Made by a program: the position numbers and the translations under genes. DNA of 64,000 nt, taken from the IMG/VR virus record IMGVR_UViG_3300029288_000118, positions 1 to 64,000 of that record; one strand, 5' to 3'. The notes under the pieces are model-generated. The model was not told where the DNA came from. It saw only the letters and a list, made by a program, of their open reading frames with translations, and searched no databases. This document shows, piece by piece, positions 9,315 to 18,500 of the stretch. Origin of the DNA: a virus. Lineage: Duplodnaviria > Caudoviricetes. How positions within the stretch are numbered: the first letter of the stretch is position 1; each line of letters opens with the position of its first letter.

Positions 9315-9566
9315 TTGATAGAAAACATCTCAGATATTAAAAATCACATTCTTATTGTATCGATAAAACTGAGCGAAGAAATATACGTTATAAGTTGTGA
9401 CAATCCGGAGCAACAAGCTGAAGTCTTTGAGACAATAAAATGCACTGGTAAATTGCCAGAGAAATATGATTCCCACCCCGTCGCAGCGGTATTCAAAGCA
9501 GTGATTGAAGATCGTTATTTAGACAGGTTGTTAATTAATCATCCATTATCAACTAACATAAATTAA
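9315..9566 (+). CDS. Hypothetical protein
   Basis: TTG start after GGAG. Confidence 0.5.
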   Translation: MIENISDIKNHILIVSIKLSEEIYVISCDNPEQQAEVFETIKCTGKLPEKYDSHPVAAVFKAVIEDRYLDRLLINHPLSTNIN

Positions 9567-9576
9567 AGGCAGGGAA

Positions 9577-9795
9577 ATGAAAACCATAAATTGTGATTTA
9601 TGCCAAAGAGAAGTAGAGTCTGTAACTCCCCTACGTCCTGAATACCAGACAGAAACAGTCAAAGAAGTATGTAGTGATTGTCTTAATGAATTAAATAAAA
9701 TATTAGCAAACATGGATATAGTATATTCTAAGATGCAAGCAAGCTGGTTTAAAAATATTATTAATTCAATCTTTAAGCAAAAGCGGGAGAAATGA
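9577..9795 (+). CDS. Small zinc-binding protein
   Basis: CDLC...VCSDC. Confidence 0.65.
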   Translation: MKTINCDLCQREVESVTPLRPEYQTETVKEVCSDCLNELNKILANMDIVYSKMQASWFKNIINSIFKQKREK

Positions 9796-9796
9796 G

Positions 9797-10624
9797 ATGA
9801 ATACGTTCATAACAATATTAGGGAAAGCGATAACCGCAGTGTGGGGAAGTAAAGCCGGGAAGATACTAATACTGATCTTGATCGGAGCGATAGTCATATA
9901 CGCGGGAAGCAAGGCATGGCTGGATAATCATGATGCTGAGTTGATTGCTGAGAATGATGCAAAATGGATAAAGAAGATAGCGGAGAGTAAAAAAACAACC
10001 GTGATCGATACTGCATATAAAATTCAGGAGGATCCGCCAACACATCAGGAGACACAAGCCAGTAACTTGCTAACCCCCGCGCAATCAAATGATTATAATT
10101 TAGGAATAGCAAGGTTATTGAACGATTCCCTGATAATTCTATTATTTGAACCCATACAAGCAAAATTTGAAGATAGTTCGAGTATTGATACAGTTAAATA
10201 CTTTCCGTATGAAAACGGGAGGCTGAGTAGGAGAATAACTCTCGATAAATATCCTAAACCGCAAAGAATTCCGGTTATAACCGTGACAGAAACGAGTATG
10301 ATATTGAGAGACCCTGAGCCGTATAAAAGGTTTGATTGGTTTAATCCAAAGATTCACGCGGATCTATATCCATTTACGAGCGATGGAATATTAGGTGGAT
10401 TCTCAGCGTCATTATGCAACTATGGATTGAGCGCGGAAACAAAGGATATGATTTTTTATCTGCCCATGATTGGATTAGCGACAGACACAAAAAACATGCT
10501 CACTGGAACGCTGGGAGCGCGGTGGAATATTGCGCACTATACAGGACTATTCCAGGACACTCACTTAATGATCGTGTTTACGACAAAGAAGCAAGTACTA
10601 ATTGGGATAGGAACTACGTTATAA
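9797..10624 (+). CDS. Membrane-anchored protein with beta-rich C-terminus (spanin-like candidate)
   Basis: N-terminal TM helix, helical linker, amphipathic beta strands ending VLIGIGTTL. Confidence 0.55.
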   Translation: MNTFITILGKAITAVWGSKAGKILILILIGAIVIYAGSKAWLDNHDAELIAENDAKWIKKIAESKKTTVIDTAYKIQEDPPTHQETQASNLLTPAQSNDYNLGIARLLNDSLIILLFEPIQAKFEDSSSIDTVKYFPYENGRLSRRITLDKYPKPQRIPVITVTETSMILRDPEPYKRFDWFNPKIHADLYPFTSDGILGGFSASLCNYGLSAETKDMIFYLPMIGLATDTKNMLTGTLGARWNIAHYTGLFQDTHLMIVFTTKKQVLIGIGTTL

Positions 10625-10857
10625 TGCCAGACGAAAAGAAAATAAAGAAGTGCTGTGCAACTTGTAAGCACTGGGATCGAAACCACAAAGAACGAACAAA
10701 CACGTTAGGCAGTTGGGCGGACTGTTTGTATCCTATCCCGCCGTTACCAGCCTCAACTGGATGTTTCGATAAACTTAATATGCAATCTAAACAGGGGACT
10801 CATTGTAGTGTTTGGGAAGAATATATAAAACCAACACTTGAAGGAGCACGTCTATAA
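10624..10857 (+). CDS. Small Cys-rich hypothetical protein
   Basis: TAATG-coupled ATG 10624 in frame of track ORF 10414; CCATCKHW...C...C. Confidence 0.6.
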   Translation: MPDEKKIKKCCATCKHWDRNHKERTNTLGSWADCLYPIPPLPASTGCFDKLNMQSKQGTHCSVWEEYIKPTLEGARL

Positions 10858-10999
10858 AAACTATGATAGGGAAGGGAATCATATTAATAATTGTTTTCTT
10901 ATTTATTTACTGGATGGTTAAAAGAGTAGTAAAAAGAATCCAGAAAGAGAATGCGATGAGCCGGGAAGTAGAGAATCATATTAACTTAGAGGACGATAT

Positions 11000-11248
11000 A
11001 TGAGCAATGAGCTATTTATAAAGATAATGTTTACGATAATAGCTGTAATGATAACAGCCGGGACATTGATAATATATGTAACTGACATACTTAACGAAAA
11101 GTGGAGAGCCGAGCAAGATAAAGTATGGGAAAAGTACTTGAGTGATACTACCGCAATATACACAGAACCCATATTAGCGGATACGGTTGCCAGATATGTA
11201 GACATAACTATCGGCGGTAGAGTATACAAGGTATTGATTACACCGTGA
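11000..11248 (+). CDS. Small membrane protein
   Basis: N-terminal TM; GAGGA RBS. Confidence 0.6.
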   Translation: MSNELFIKIMFTIIAVMITAGTLIIYVTDILNEKWRAEQDKVWEKYLSDTTAIYTEPILADTVARYVDITIGGRVYKVLITP

Positions 11249-11340
11249 AATTTTTATTCATCATAGGATGCACAGCATTGTTTTTATTTATTCTGTTATT
11301 TGATAGTATGAGACCGGGAAAATAAGAGGAGAATAGAGTC

Positions 11341-11862
11341 TTGGATACAACGACACATAAGGAATTAGTTCAAGTAGCTGTTAGCTGGTTGAGGAATATC
11401 ATGAGGTGCGGAGTGGTATTCAAAGAATTTAAGACAGCTATTTCAGAGATACCGGACGCGTTTGGGCTGAAAAGCGATTATAGTATACTCATTGAGTGCA
11501 AAGCATCTCGTGCAGATTTTTTGTCAGACAGAAGTAAGGTATTCAGACAGTTACCAGATCGTGGAGTGGGAGACTTTAGGCTATACCTATGCAACACGGG
11601 GATAATAAAACCAGAAGACTTGCCGGACAAGTGGGGATTATTGTATTATGATCAAATAAGAAATAAAGTAGATCGTATAAAAACGCCGAAAGGAAATGCC
11701 TGGTTACATTCGGGGGAACTATTCAGATTTGATAAGAACAAGAGAGCTGAGTACCGATATATGTATAGTGCTCTGAGAAGGATCGTGATACACGGAGACC
11801 TGGACTTAATTTACGAACCAATAGATATCAGGAAGGTATACGAAGCAAATGGTAGAGTATAA
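11341..11862 (+). CDS. PD-(D/E)XK nuclease-like protein (MmcB-like)
   Basis: EIPDAFG...LIECKASRADFLSD...GDFRLYL...DLPDKWGLL. Confidence 0.75.
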   Translation: MDTTTHKELVQVAVSWLRNIMRCGVVFKEFKTAISEIPDAFGLKSDYSILIECKASRADFLSDRSKVFRQLPDRGVGDFRLYLCNTGIIKPEDLPDKWGLLYYDQIRNKVDRIKTPKGNAWLHSGELFRFDKNKRAEYRYMYSALRRIVIHGDLDLIYEPIDIRKVYEANGRV

Positions 11863-12979
11863 AGATGTGATATTTCTGGGACCTGAATCATTTGAAAAAT
11901 CGATTGCTCATTTAGCTGGGGAGCAACATCACTTTATTGAATTGCAAAAGCTGGAGACTCTGCTTTATTCGGAATTCGATTTAAAGACAATGTATGAAGA
12001 GCTGATTAAATATGTGAACAAGGAATTCCCGGAAAAGACGGCTAAGAGTATCTCACTGAAGGAACTTCAAAAGATAGACGAGTTTGTAAAGAGCCTTACC
12101 CTGAACAAGATCACAAAAATTGAACAGTATATTGTTCGGGCTTTTGTGGTAGGCAACATAATTGAAGAACGACAGGGAAGTATAACGAGTATCATCAAAC
12201 CGATAGAAATGAATCTCAATCGATTGCCGGAAACAATTAAGAACGCTGTAAAGGAATACAGGTTGACACCGAGACAGATAGAGGCAGTGAATGTCAGCCT
12301 GAGCCACAGCGGTCAGCATTTAACATCCGCAACAAACGCAACTATCAATCGAGTGCAGAGTTTAACTACCGATAATATAATAAAAGGCGGTACGAGGAAA
12401 GAACTGGCTAATCTTCTGAGAGAGGAATTCACCAGCAAGGATAAAGAGATTAACCGGAATTGGAATCGTGTAGCAATCAATGAAATATCGTATGCGTATA
12501 ATAACGGATATCTGGCAACAATGAAACCCGGTCAATGGGTGATCGGAGTATCCATGCCGGATAGATGTGATTCTTGCGGAGCACTGATAGACGGTAAAGT
12601 ATATTATTTCTCAAATGTAACCAACCAGGATATGAAGCATGATGATCTGGATCCTCAGAGTAAGGAATATTCACGCAGGGCATGGTTATCAGAAAATACA
12701 GTATGGTTGTATAAAGACAATTATGGGCGGAGCGCAGCAAAGCGGAAGCGGACTGAAGAAGGGCTGAAAGATCGAGAGAGGCATGAAATGAATGTGCCAG
12801 CTTGCCCGTTGCATGTGCATTGCCGATGTGTTTGGTCCCGCTTTAATCCCGATTATCAATATGTCGAAAAAGGCGGGATAGTTAAAATGAAAGCGATGAA
12901 TGAAAAGGAGTGGAAGAAGTTTTATGATACGAAGATCCAACCAATGAAAGAAAAACTAAAAGAATATGGAATAATATAA
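11849..12979 (+). CDS. Head morphogenesis protein (MuF/SPP1 gp7-like)
   Basis: RNWNRVAINE...CDSC...CPLHVHCRCVW. Confidence 0.8.
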   Translation: MVEYKDVIFLGPESFEKSIAHLAGEQHHFIELQKLETLLYSEFDLKTMYEELIKYVNKEFPEKTAKSISLKELQKIDEFVKSLTLNKITKIEQYIVRAFVVGNIIEERQGSITSIIKPIEMNLNRLPETIKNAVKEYRLTPRQIEAVNVSLSHSGQHLTSATNATINRVQSLTTDNIIKGGTRKELANLLREEFTSKDKEINRNWNRVAINEISYAYNNGYLATMKPGQWVIGVSMPDRCDSCGALIDGKVYYFSNVTNQDMKHDDLDPQSKEYSRRAWLSENTVWLYKDNYGRSAAKRKRTEEGLKDRERHEMNVPACPLHVHCRCVWSRFNPDYQYVEKGGIVKMKAMNEKEWKKFYDTKIQPMKEKLKEYGII

Positions 12980-12991
12980 AAGGAGAAAGCC

Positions 12992-13717
12992 ATGCCAACA
13001 CCAGACGAAACGAACATCCCTTATAAACCTTCAATTGAAGAAATTGAAAAACTAAAAGATGCTGGGTATCTACTGGAGATCAAGCCAGATGGATCAGTAA
13101 TGATAAGCGGAGCTACTGTATTAACAAAAGAAACCAAAGACCGTTTATTAAAAATGTCAGCAGATTTAGCAACTGCCTGTTTCAATGCAAAAAATTATAA
13201 CAAGCAGTTTTCTGCCGAATGGGCAAAGTATGAAATTCCAGATGATACGCCATTTGTGCATCGATGTGATTTTCTCAGGGCGGTGATATTAGAAGTTGGC
13301 AAAGATGTTTTATCATTAAAAAAGCATAAAGATATTGATATTGACTCTCCGGAAAAAGTGGAACCTCTTGGAGAGATAATGGCCAACATCATGCTTGCCT
13401 ACCGTCACCTGGAAGATGCAAGAATGAGAATAGGCAAAGTAATTCAAGCCTATGAAGGCGGGACATCTAAATATGATCGATTTGAATATTGCAATATATG
13501 GGTAAACAATATTCCTATTCAATGGACCGCGAAAGAAATATCCTATGAAGAAATCATACGGCTGGCGGGATTAGAATCTGACGGGAATCTCGAAGTGAAA
13601 TATACTCATGGAGCATTCTTTGATAAAGCGGGAGAAATACCTAAAGAGTATGGAGAAAAGAAAAAGGTACACTTAGTAGACGGTATGGTATTTACAGTGC
13701 AACCTAAAAATAAATAA
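12992..13717 (+). CDS. Fusion of helical hairpin (Acb2/Tad1-like?) and C-terminal multi-ubiquitin-like domain
   Basis: LAYRHLEDARMRIGKVI; C-terminal IWVNN..IQWTAKEISYEEIIRLAG...VKYTHG...VHLVDGMVFTV. Confidence 0.6.
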   Translation: MPTPDETNIPYKPSIEEIEKLKDAGYLLEIKPDGSVMISGATVLTKETKDRLLKMSADLATACFNAKNYNKQFSAEWAKYEIPDDTPFVHRCDFLRAVILEVGKDVLSLKKHKDIDIDSPEKVEPLGEIMANIMLAYRHLEDARMRIGKVIQAYEGGTSKYDRFEYCNIWVNNIPIQWTAKEISYEEIIRLAGLESDGNLEVKYTHGAFFDKAGEIPKEYGEKKKVHLVDGMVFTVQPKNK

Positions 13718-13831
13718 AATGAAATTGCTTATAAAAATATTAGGTTATATCGGAATGATTATAGGGGGTATTAATTTTATAGCATTGATGATAATTGACG
13801 AATTAAACGACGAGATCAAGAAAGACTAATA

Positions 13832-14176
13832 ATGAGAACAAGATTGCTTATAGCTTTTGAGTGGTGGAAAAAGAACAAATTCATATTTGAACGCTGGAGA
13901 AGCAACGTGGGAATAGGTCAGTTTATAATGACGGTCTTCATTGCGGTTGCAAACGGATTTCCGATATGGTTGCTCATAATATTTATTGTTTTGTCGATTC
14001 TTTATACAATCAAGTATGATATACCCAGAATATACCCACAAGAAACATCGGATGGATTTGCGAATAATCCTTTAAACATGGAAATGTTAAACATATTACG
14101 GGAATGGAAAAATGAAAAAGACAAAGCTGGACTACAAAACTCGAAAGCGGATGAAATCAATAATTCACCATTTTAA
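13832..14176 (+). CDS. Membrane protein (two TM segments)
   Basis: Two hydrophobic segments. Confidence 0.6.
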   Translation: MRTRLLIAFEWWKKNKFIFERWRSNVGIGQFIMTVFIAVANGFPIWLLIIFIVLSILYTIKYDIPRIYPQETSDGFANNPLNMEMLNILREWKNEKDKAGLQNSKADEINNSPF

Positions 14177-14312
14177 ACAGCACTTGTTTTCTATAAGGGA
14201 GCGCGACATTAGCACCACCATTAGAATGGTACGAAGATATGCCAGTATGGGCACGGAAGTTCTTATACAATTCACAATTTTCATTACATACTAATAGCAA
14301 CAAAGGATACCA

Positions 14313-15257
14313 GTGATGTCAAAAGTAATTAGATTCTTGGAAAGAATGAACGCGCAATTACTTTGTTTGCGCAGTAAGATACAGCCTAAAAATCTGGCGA
14401 ACAATCCCATGCTGATATTTGCGGATTTGGGATTGGGTGATTTGCTGATGTTTTTACCGACAATAAAAGCAATATACGAGCGCGGTGCATGGGATACGAT
14501 ATATTTCAGGACAGAAAGAGCAGAAGCAATCGAGGTCTTAAAAGGGATATTTCCAAGAGCGCGGTTTATAACTCCATACGAGAATAAAAACGGGAATGCA
14601 AGATTTATCGGCTATGAGAGAGCATTGCTCCAATATAAGTTTGGAATCGCGGTTGTAAACTTTCATCAGGCGTATAAATCGAATATCTTACCAATGGTAA
14701 AATTGAGAATTCCGATCACAATTGGACATTCCTGGCCAGAGAATAAATACCATTCAATCTGGACGGATCCAGTGGAATACAATAAGGAGTATTATCAGGT
14801 AGCAGAGAATTTAAAATTGCTAATTCCATTAGGATTATATGAGAAGCACAAAGAGAGCAAGATGTTTTTTCACACTCAACCTTTTAAAATTCCGTATGAG
14901 AAATATGTTCTTATCCAACCAGCATCGAGCACCGTGCGGGAAAAGAATTGCTGGGATGTTGAGGCGTATGTAAGAAACATAAATGGACCTATCATCTTTA
15001 CCGGCAATGCTGAGGAAGCCCGTATTGCAACTAATATCATGTGCAACAATCCTCATTCGACTATTTTTAATTATTGTGGTAAGTTAAACATTTTTCAAAC
15101 AGCCTATTTGATAAAGAAAAGCAGTCAATTCCTGTGCAACGAAGGTGGACTTGCTCATTTGGCATCGGCTTTAAACGTGAGAGCAGATGTGTTTGTTAAC
15201 ACGAAAATAAAGCGAGAGCAAATATATCACAAGAATTTAAACTATATCTTTGTGTAA
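14313..15257 (+). CDS. Glycosyltransferase family 9 (heptosyltransferase-like)
   Basis: GLGDLLMFLPTIKAI...YVLIQP...NYCGKLNIFQTAYLIKKS...CNEGGLAHLASAL. Confidence 0.85.
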   Translation: MMSKVIRFLERMNAQLLCLRSKIQPKNLANNPMLIFADLGLGDLLMFLPTIKAIYERGAWDTIYFRTERAEAIEVLKGIFPRARFITPYENKNGNARFIGYERALLQYKFGIAVVNFHQAYKSNILPMVKLRIPITIGHSWPENKYHSIWTDPVEYNKEYYQVAENLKLLIPLGLYEKHKESKMFFHTQPFKIPYEKYVLIQPASSTVREKNCWDVEAYVRNINGPIIFTGNAEEARIATNIMCNNPHSTIFNYCGKLNIFQTAYLIKKSSQFLCNEGGLAHLASALNVRADVFVNTKIKREQIYHKNLNYIFV

Positions 15258-15274
15258 AAGGAGTATAGTATAAT

Positions 15275-15487
15275 ATGGAAATAAAATGTAATGACACATC
15301 TTGCAGTCAGCGTAATTCTTGTCAGAGATTTACAGAGCCAGCGGTAAAGAAACAGAAATATTTTCCTAAAAGCCCAAGATGGAATAATGAATGCAATTAT
15401 TATATACCTAACGTAAGGGATTTAACGGCGGAACGTGAAGCCTTGAACGAAGAAGCTCAGGAGCTTGCGCGATCTATGAGATATTAA
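15275..15487 (+). CDS. Small Cys-rich hypothetical protein
   Basis: KCNDTSCSQRNSCQRF...CNYY; AAGGAG RBS. Confidence 0.6.
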   Translation: MEIKCNDTSCSQRNSCQRFTEPAVKKQKYFPKSPRWNNECNYYIPNVRDLTAEREALNEEAQELARSMRY

Positions 15488-15548
15488 AACAATTAAGACA
15501 GCCAGACAATGAAAAGGATAAAGCCATGAAAACTTAAATATTAAAAAA

Positions 15549-18500
15549 ATGAATACACTATATTTTGCCAAGTCCACGAGTGGAATGATTCACAGGGGAA
15601 GCGTTCTCACTCCCGAACCAACTGCCAGCAATCAAACACCAGTTATAGCCAAAGATTTTGAGACTTTCCAGCATGGAGAAGATTTATATCTTCTTGCGGA
15701 TAAGGAACCGCTGGAATTTATTGGATCTCTCCAAACGTCGACCGGCCAGGAATATTATTTCCAAAAGTCAAATATCACATATCGATATAACTCCAATTTT
15801 GAGCTGATAGAACTGAGTCCTAATTGGCTTAAAAAGGGAATAGCAACAAACAAAGGGATAGTAATTGAACTCGGTGACGATCTGGCGATCTGCAAAAACG
15901 GTGAAGGTGAAAAGCTATATTTTAAAAAATCATTACTCCCGATAGAAACCAACCTGGAGTTAGCACTGCAAGAGAATGAAGCAATAATCTACAGAGCAAG
16001 ACTCCATAAGTCTTTAACAGCAACGACACCGGAGATAAAGCAAGGAGCACCTAAATTCAGGGTATCGTTTGCCAGCCCGAAAGCCCAGATAGTACCTACG
16101 CAGGAACACACCGAAGGTGAAACGCGACAGTTTGGTCCTAATGATCTCCGGCAACTATCGAGAGGTAAAGCCGGACAATTAAGATGGCTCAGTATTGACG
16201 AAAAGGCGAAACTCCAGCAAGCCAAACAGAAAGCACAGGCAGAAGAAAGTAAGCAAAAAGAAAGGACAAAATATGCTGAAGGTATTAATACTGGTGGACG
16301 GATCGGAACACTTAGCAAGCTATTTAGAATCGGTAAAGAAATATTTGTCGGCGGAAGAAAAGCAGAAGTCATTGACTATGGAGACGATGTTATTGCGGTT
16401 AGAAAGGATGATGGAACAACTACCACTGTTAGAGCCAGTGAATATAATCCCGAACGACAGCAACCGGAAAAAGTTGTTCCAAAGAAGACAACAGAGACTC
16501 CAGAAGAACTTGCCAAAAAAGAACGGGAGACCAGAGAGGCAAAGACAAGACTTGAGACTGATATTCATTCACAGACACCGAGAAATAAATATTACGATGA
16601 GCAACAAGCGATTATCAAAGAACAAGAACAATTGCCGGAATATCAGACATTCCAGTCCGAGAACGAAAAAGAGGGATGGACGAAAGATATAGCGACACCA
16701 TTCAGATTTGTAAAGGACATTTCATTTGTATCCTCAATGGGAAACCTCCGCAGCGGGACTGCCGAGAAAGTGTGGAGACCGGAAAAGAAGGATTATGATT
16801 ATTACTTTGAGGGCGAAGGCTTTAATGTCACCTATCAGGGCAAAGATTATCGAATAGTAGGGATGGATCAAGACAAGATAGATATCAAGGATCAATTTGG
16901 AAACAAACAGACGATAAAAAACAACGAACTTGATCAATACAGGGGTCAGATAATCCTGGACGCTGAAGGCAATGCGAGAATCAAGAATATACAGGGTGAA
17001 GAATTTTCACTCGAACTTGTTGAGGGACTTAACCAGGAAGATTTATTTAAAGAAGGGATAGTCAAGATTATCAAGGATGAAGTTTGGAAATCGATCAAGA
17101 CAGGCGAAGGCGCAGTAGTTGACGATGTAAAGCTCGGTAGAATCCGGAGAGGGGTTACATTCTACAAACATGGTAACGAGGCGGGTATTATCGATGAAAA
17201 CAAACATGCGCACCAGGTAGCGAAGAACGACGTAAAGAGAGACCTACCCGAACCGGACGAAAAAATAAAAGCAATTCAAATTGAGGTAAAGAAGGAACAT
17301 CAGAAACTTGACAAACAAAATCTTGAACGACAAGACCTTGAAATTGTAAAAGCTCGAGTACTGCACGGGAATCAAAACGTGCCGTATGCACAAAAAGGCA
17401 AAGACCTTGAGCCGGAAAAATACAGAGACGTATTCGACAACTGGCTGAAAGATGGAGGAGAGGGAATAGATGAGCAGATAGCGGGAAGCTATACGAACCC
17501 TGAAGAATGGAAAGCCAACGTCTTATCACTGGCCGAAAGAATGAGAGCAGAGGATATAAAGAGAGCAAGCGAAGTTCAGGCAATGAACGATTTTGCGAAA
17601 TCCGGAGTAGTGATAGAAGCACCGAAACCCAAAGAGATTGAAGCGTATATCGAAACGGCAAAAGATATTTTGATGTCCAGGCGCAAAGACTTCTTACGGT
17701 CAAAGCAAGTAGAGAAAGACGAGGGTGCTAAATTCCAATGGGACGATCTTGCAGAGTTACCAGCAACGGAAAGCGGATCCCTTGTATCGGATAACGTAAA
17801 AGTGATAAGGGATAGCCGGAATGAATCTTACCAGGTGCAATATGCTTTTGTGCCTAAACAGAATATAGTGACATCGAACGACATTTCAGGCAAAACGAAT
17901 CCTGAGCATCCAAGTGAATTACAAGCGAGAGAACGCAGTCAGGATGAAGCCAGTACCTTACAGATGAAAAAAATAGCTGAGAATCCGAACGAAGAGCTGG
18001 TAGAGGATAATAAGGATGCAACGAGAGGTGCACCAGTAGGCTTTACGAAGGACGGGAAGGTTTATATCGTGCAGGGCAATGGCCGTACTGGAGCTGTATT
18101 GGGTATGGAAGGAGCTGGCAAGGAAAAATATTTTGGAATGATGTTGCAGAAAGCTCAAGAACTTGGAATTCCAACCGATAAGGTCACAGATGATATGATG
18201 CTGGTTAGAACTTTATCTCCGGTCCATACATACGAGGATGCCCGTAAGCTCGGTGCATTCGGTCAGAAGTCTTCAGCATTGCCCATGACAGAGGTAGAGG
18301 AAGCCCGCAGTTTTCAGAATGCGCAGCGGTTAAAATTTGGATTGAACCTGAATCTTACGGGAATCGGTCGACGGTCAATAAACGAAAAGAATGTAGGAAC
18401 ATTTATTCGTAACAATCCGCAGGTATATCAGAAGATACTCAAACTCAGTGGTTACGATCCGATAGCGGTTCAATACCGGCCAGCGGAACAAGCAAAGGTA

